Source of the DNA: Salpingoeca rosetta
Lineage: Eukaryota; Protista; Choanoflagellata
Length of the DNA stretch: 64,000 bases
Reading direction: 5' to 3'
Assembly (NCBI GenBank): GCA_033442325.1
Contig: JAWQFM010000014.1
Location: 347,351-411,350, forward strand
Shown here: positions 63,046-64,000 of the stretch, piece after piece
Layout: each line of letters opens with the position of its first letter
Numbering within the stretch: position 1 is the stretch's first letter
Notes under the pieces: generated by a model
The model's database searches: none
What the model was told of the DNA's origin: nothing
Seen by the model: the letters and a program-made list of their open reading frames with translations, nothing else
Position numbers and translations under genes: made by a program

Positions 63046-64000
63046 CCCTAGGCAGCAGAGCCGACAGTGCTCGCTCGCGCTCCAAAACACAACAAAACGA
63101 CAAAACAAAACAACCCTCCTCCTTCTGACAGTCCTGCGTTGTGCTGAAAATAGCATGGAATCTTTCACAGAATCTCGTGCCTTGAATTGCAGCCTCATTT
63201 TGTCATGTCGCACACGATGACCACAAGCACCAACAACAAAAGACGGTTCACAGGAGTTGAAGCCAAGTATCGTGTATTTGCAAGGGTGTTGCGGAGAGCA
63301 GGGTGTTCTCGGGCACACGGAGAGCTTCCCGATGATATTGACTTCATTGCGAGGAAAAATCTGCTTGGTGGTCTGGGGGCTTGTGACATGAACCCTCCCT
63401 GTTGAGGGGATATGTTGATCTTGTTCGGGGGCTGTGCACTGTTGGGCGTTGTATTGGTTGGGAACAATGGACACGCGCACGACAACCGTGACGGCAACGA
63501 GAGCAGTGACAGCAAAGAGACAGGGCATCCATCAGGGACAGGGCGTCAATCAGATATCGCCTTCAGCGTCGGCCGCGATGGGGGGGGGGTGCATCCAAAG
63601 CCAGTAGTTCCTCCAGACAGTCAACCACTCCAATCGACAGCCTCAGTCGACCCTGGTGCCAGCGGTAGTTGGCGCCGCAGCGACAGCTGGGGCTGTTGTG
63701 GTTGACTCCACATGTGTGTGTGTGTGTGCGTGTGTGTGAGAGCCGTGGAAGGCTTGAGTGGTTGTGCTTTTTGCTGGCTGTCCAGTCAGTAATGATGCGC
63801 ATGATCGCGGGTGCGAGGTCATCAACGGGGTGTGCATAAGATGCAGAGAGAGTTTGGGCGAGAAATGGCATCTCTTGCGGTGGTTGTTTCTATTTGCTGC
63901 TGGTGGTGGTGGTGATGGCTGCTGCTGCTGTTGCCCCTGTCGTTACTGGCACCATTCCGTTGATCGCATCTGCGCGCGTCAGGCGGCTGTGCATGCTCTC

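Noticed and set aside
63046-63528. N-terminal extension of the 589-aa methyltransferase ORF
   Set aside because: It begins at a non-ATG start and reads like UTR/promoter sequence; ATG 63045 is more plausible.
63150-64000. Possible gene fragment at the right edge (short ORFs on both strands)
   Set aside because: No recognisable motif or consistent splice structure, so it cannot be supported.

Overview
Eukaryotic, gene-dense and intron-rich DNA. Nearly all introns are GT-AG and filled with (CA)n/(TG)n microsatellites. The style and gene content suggest a choanoflagellate such as Salpingoeca rosetta (inference). Most ORFs in the supplied track are artefacts of the repeats. Manual splicing gives 17 protein-coding loci, arranged mostly as head-to-head pairs: the 3' end of a minimal ATP-dependent DNA ligase, trifunctional His4 (HisI-HisE-HisD), an intronless secreted L-domain/LRR solenoid, beta-ketoacyl-ACP synthase, an ABHD1/3-like hydrolase, PABPN1, UBE2J2/Ubc6, LDAH, a two-domain RAY1-like GT77 glycosyltransferase, a large laminin-N/LE/furin-repeat type I receptor, spermidine synthase, mitochondrial TyrRS, a protein with two bZIP-like motifs, an SLC12A9-like cotransporter with an out-of-frame internal deletion, ClpP, a 5'-truncated Nit2, and an intronless Tgs-type cap methyltransferase. 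The most unexplained element is a ~270-nt non-repetitive, hairpin-rich island inside a Ubc6 intron, a candidate intronic ncRNA. All family calls come from motif recognition by eye; no searches were run, and exon coordinates are approximate.
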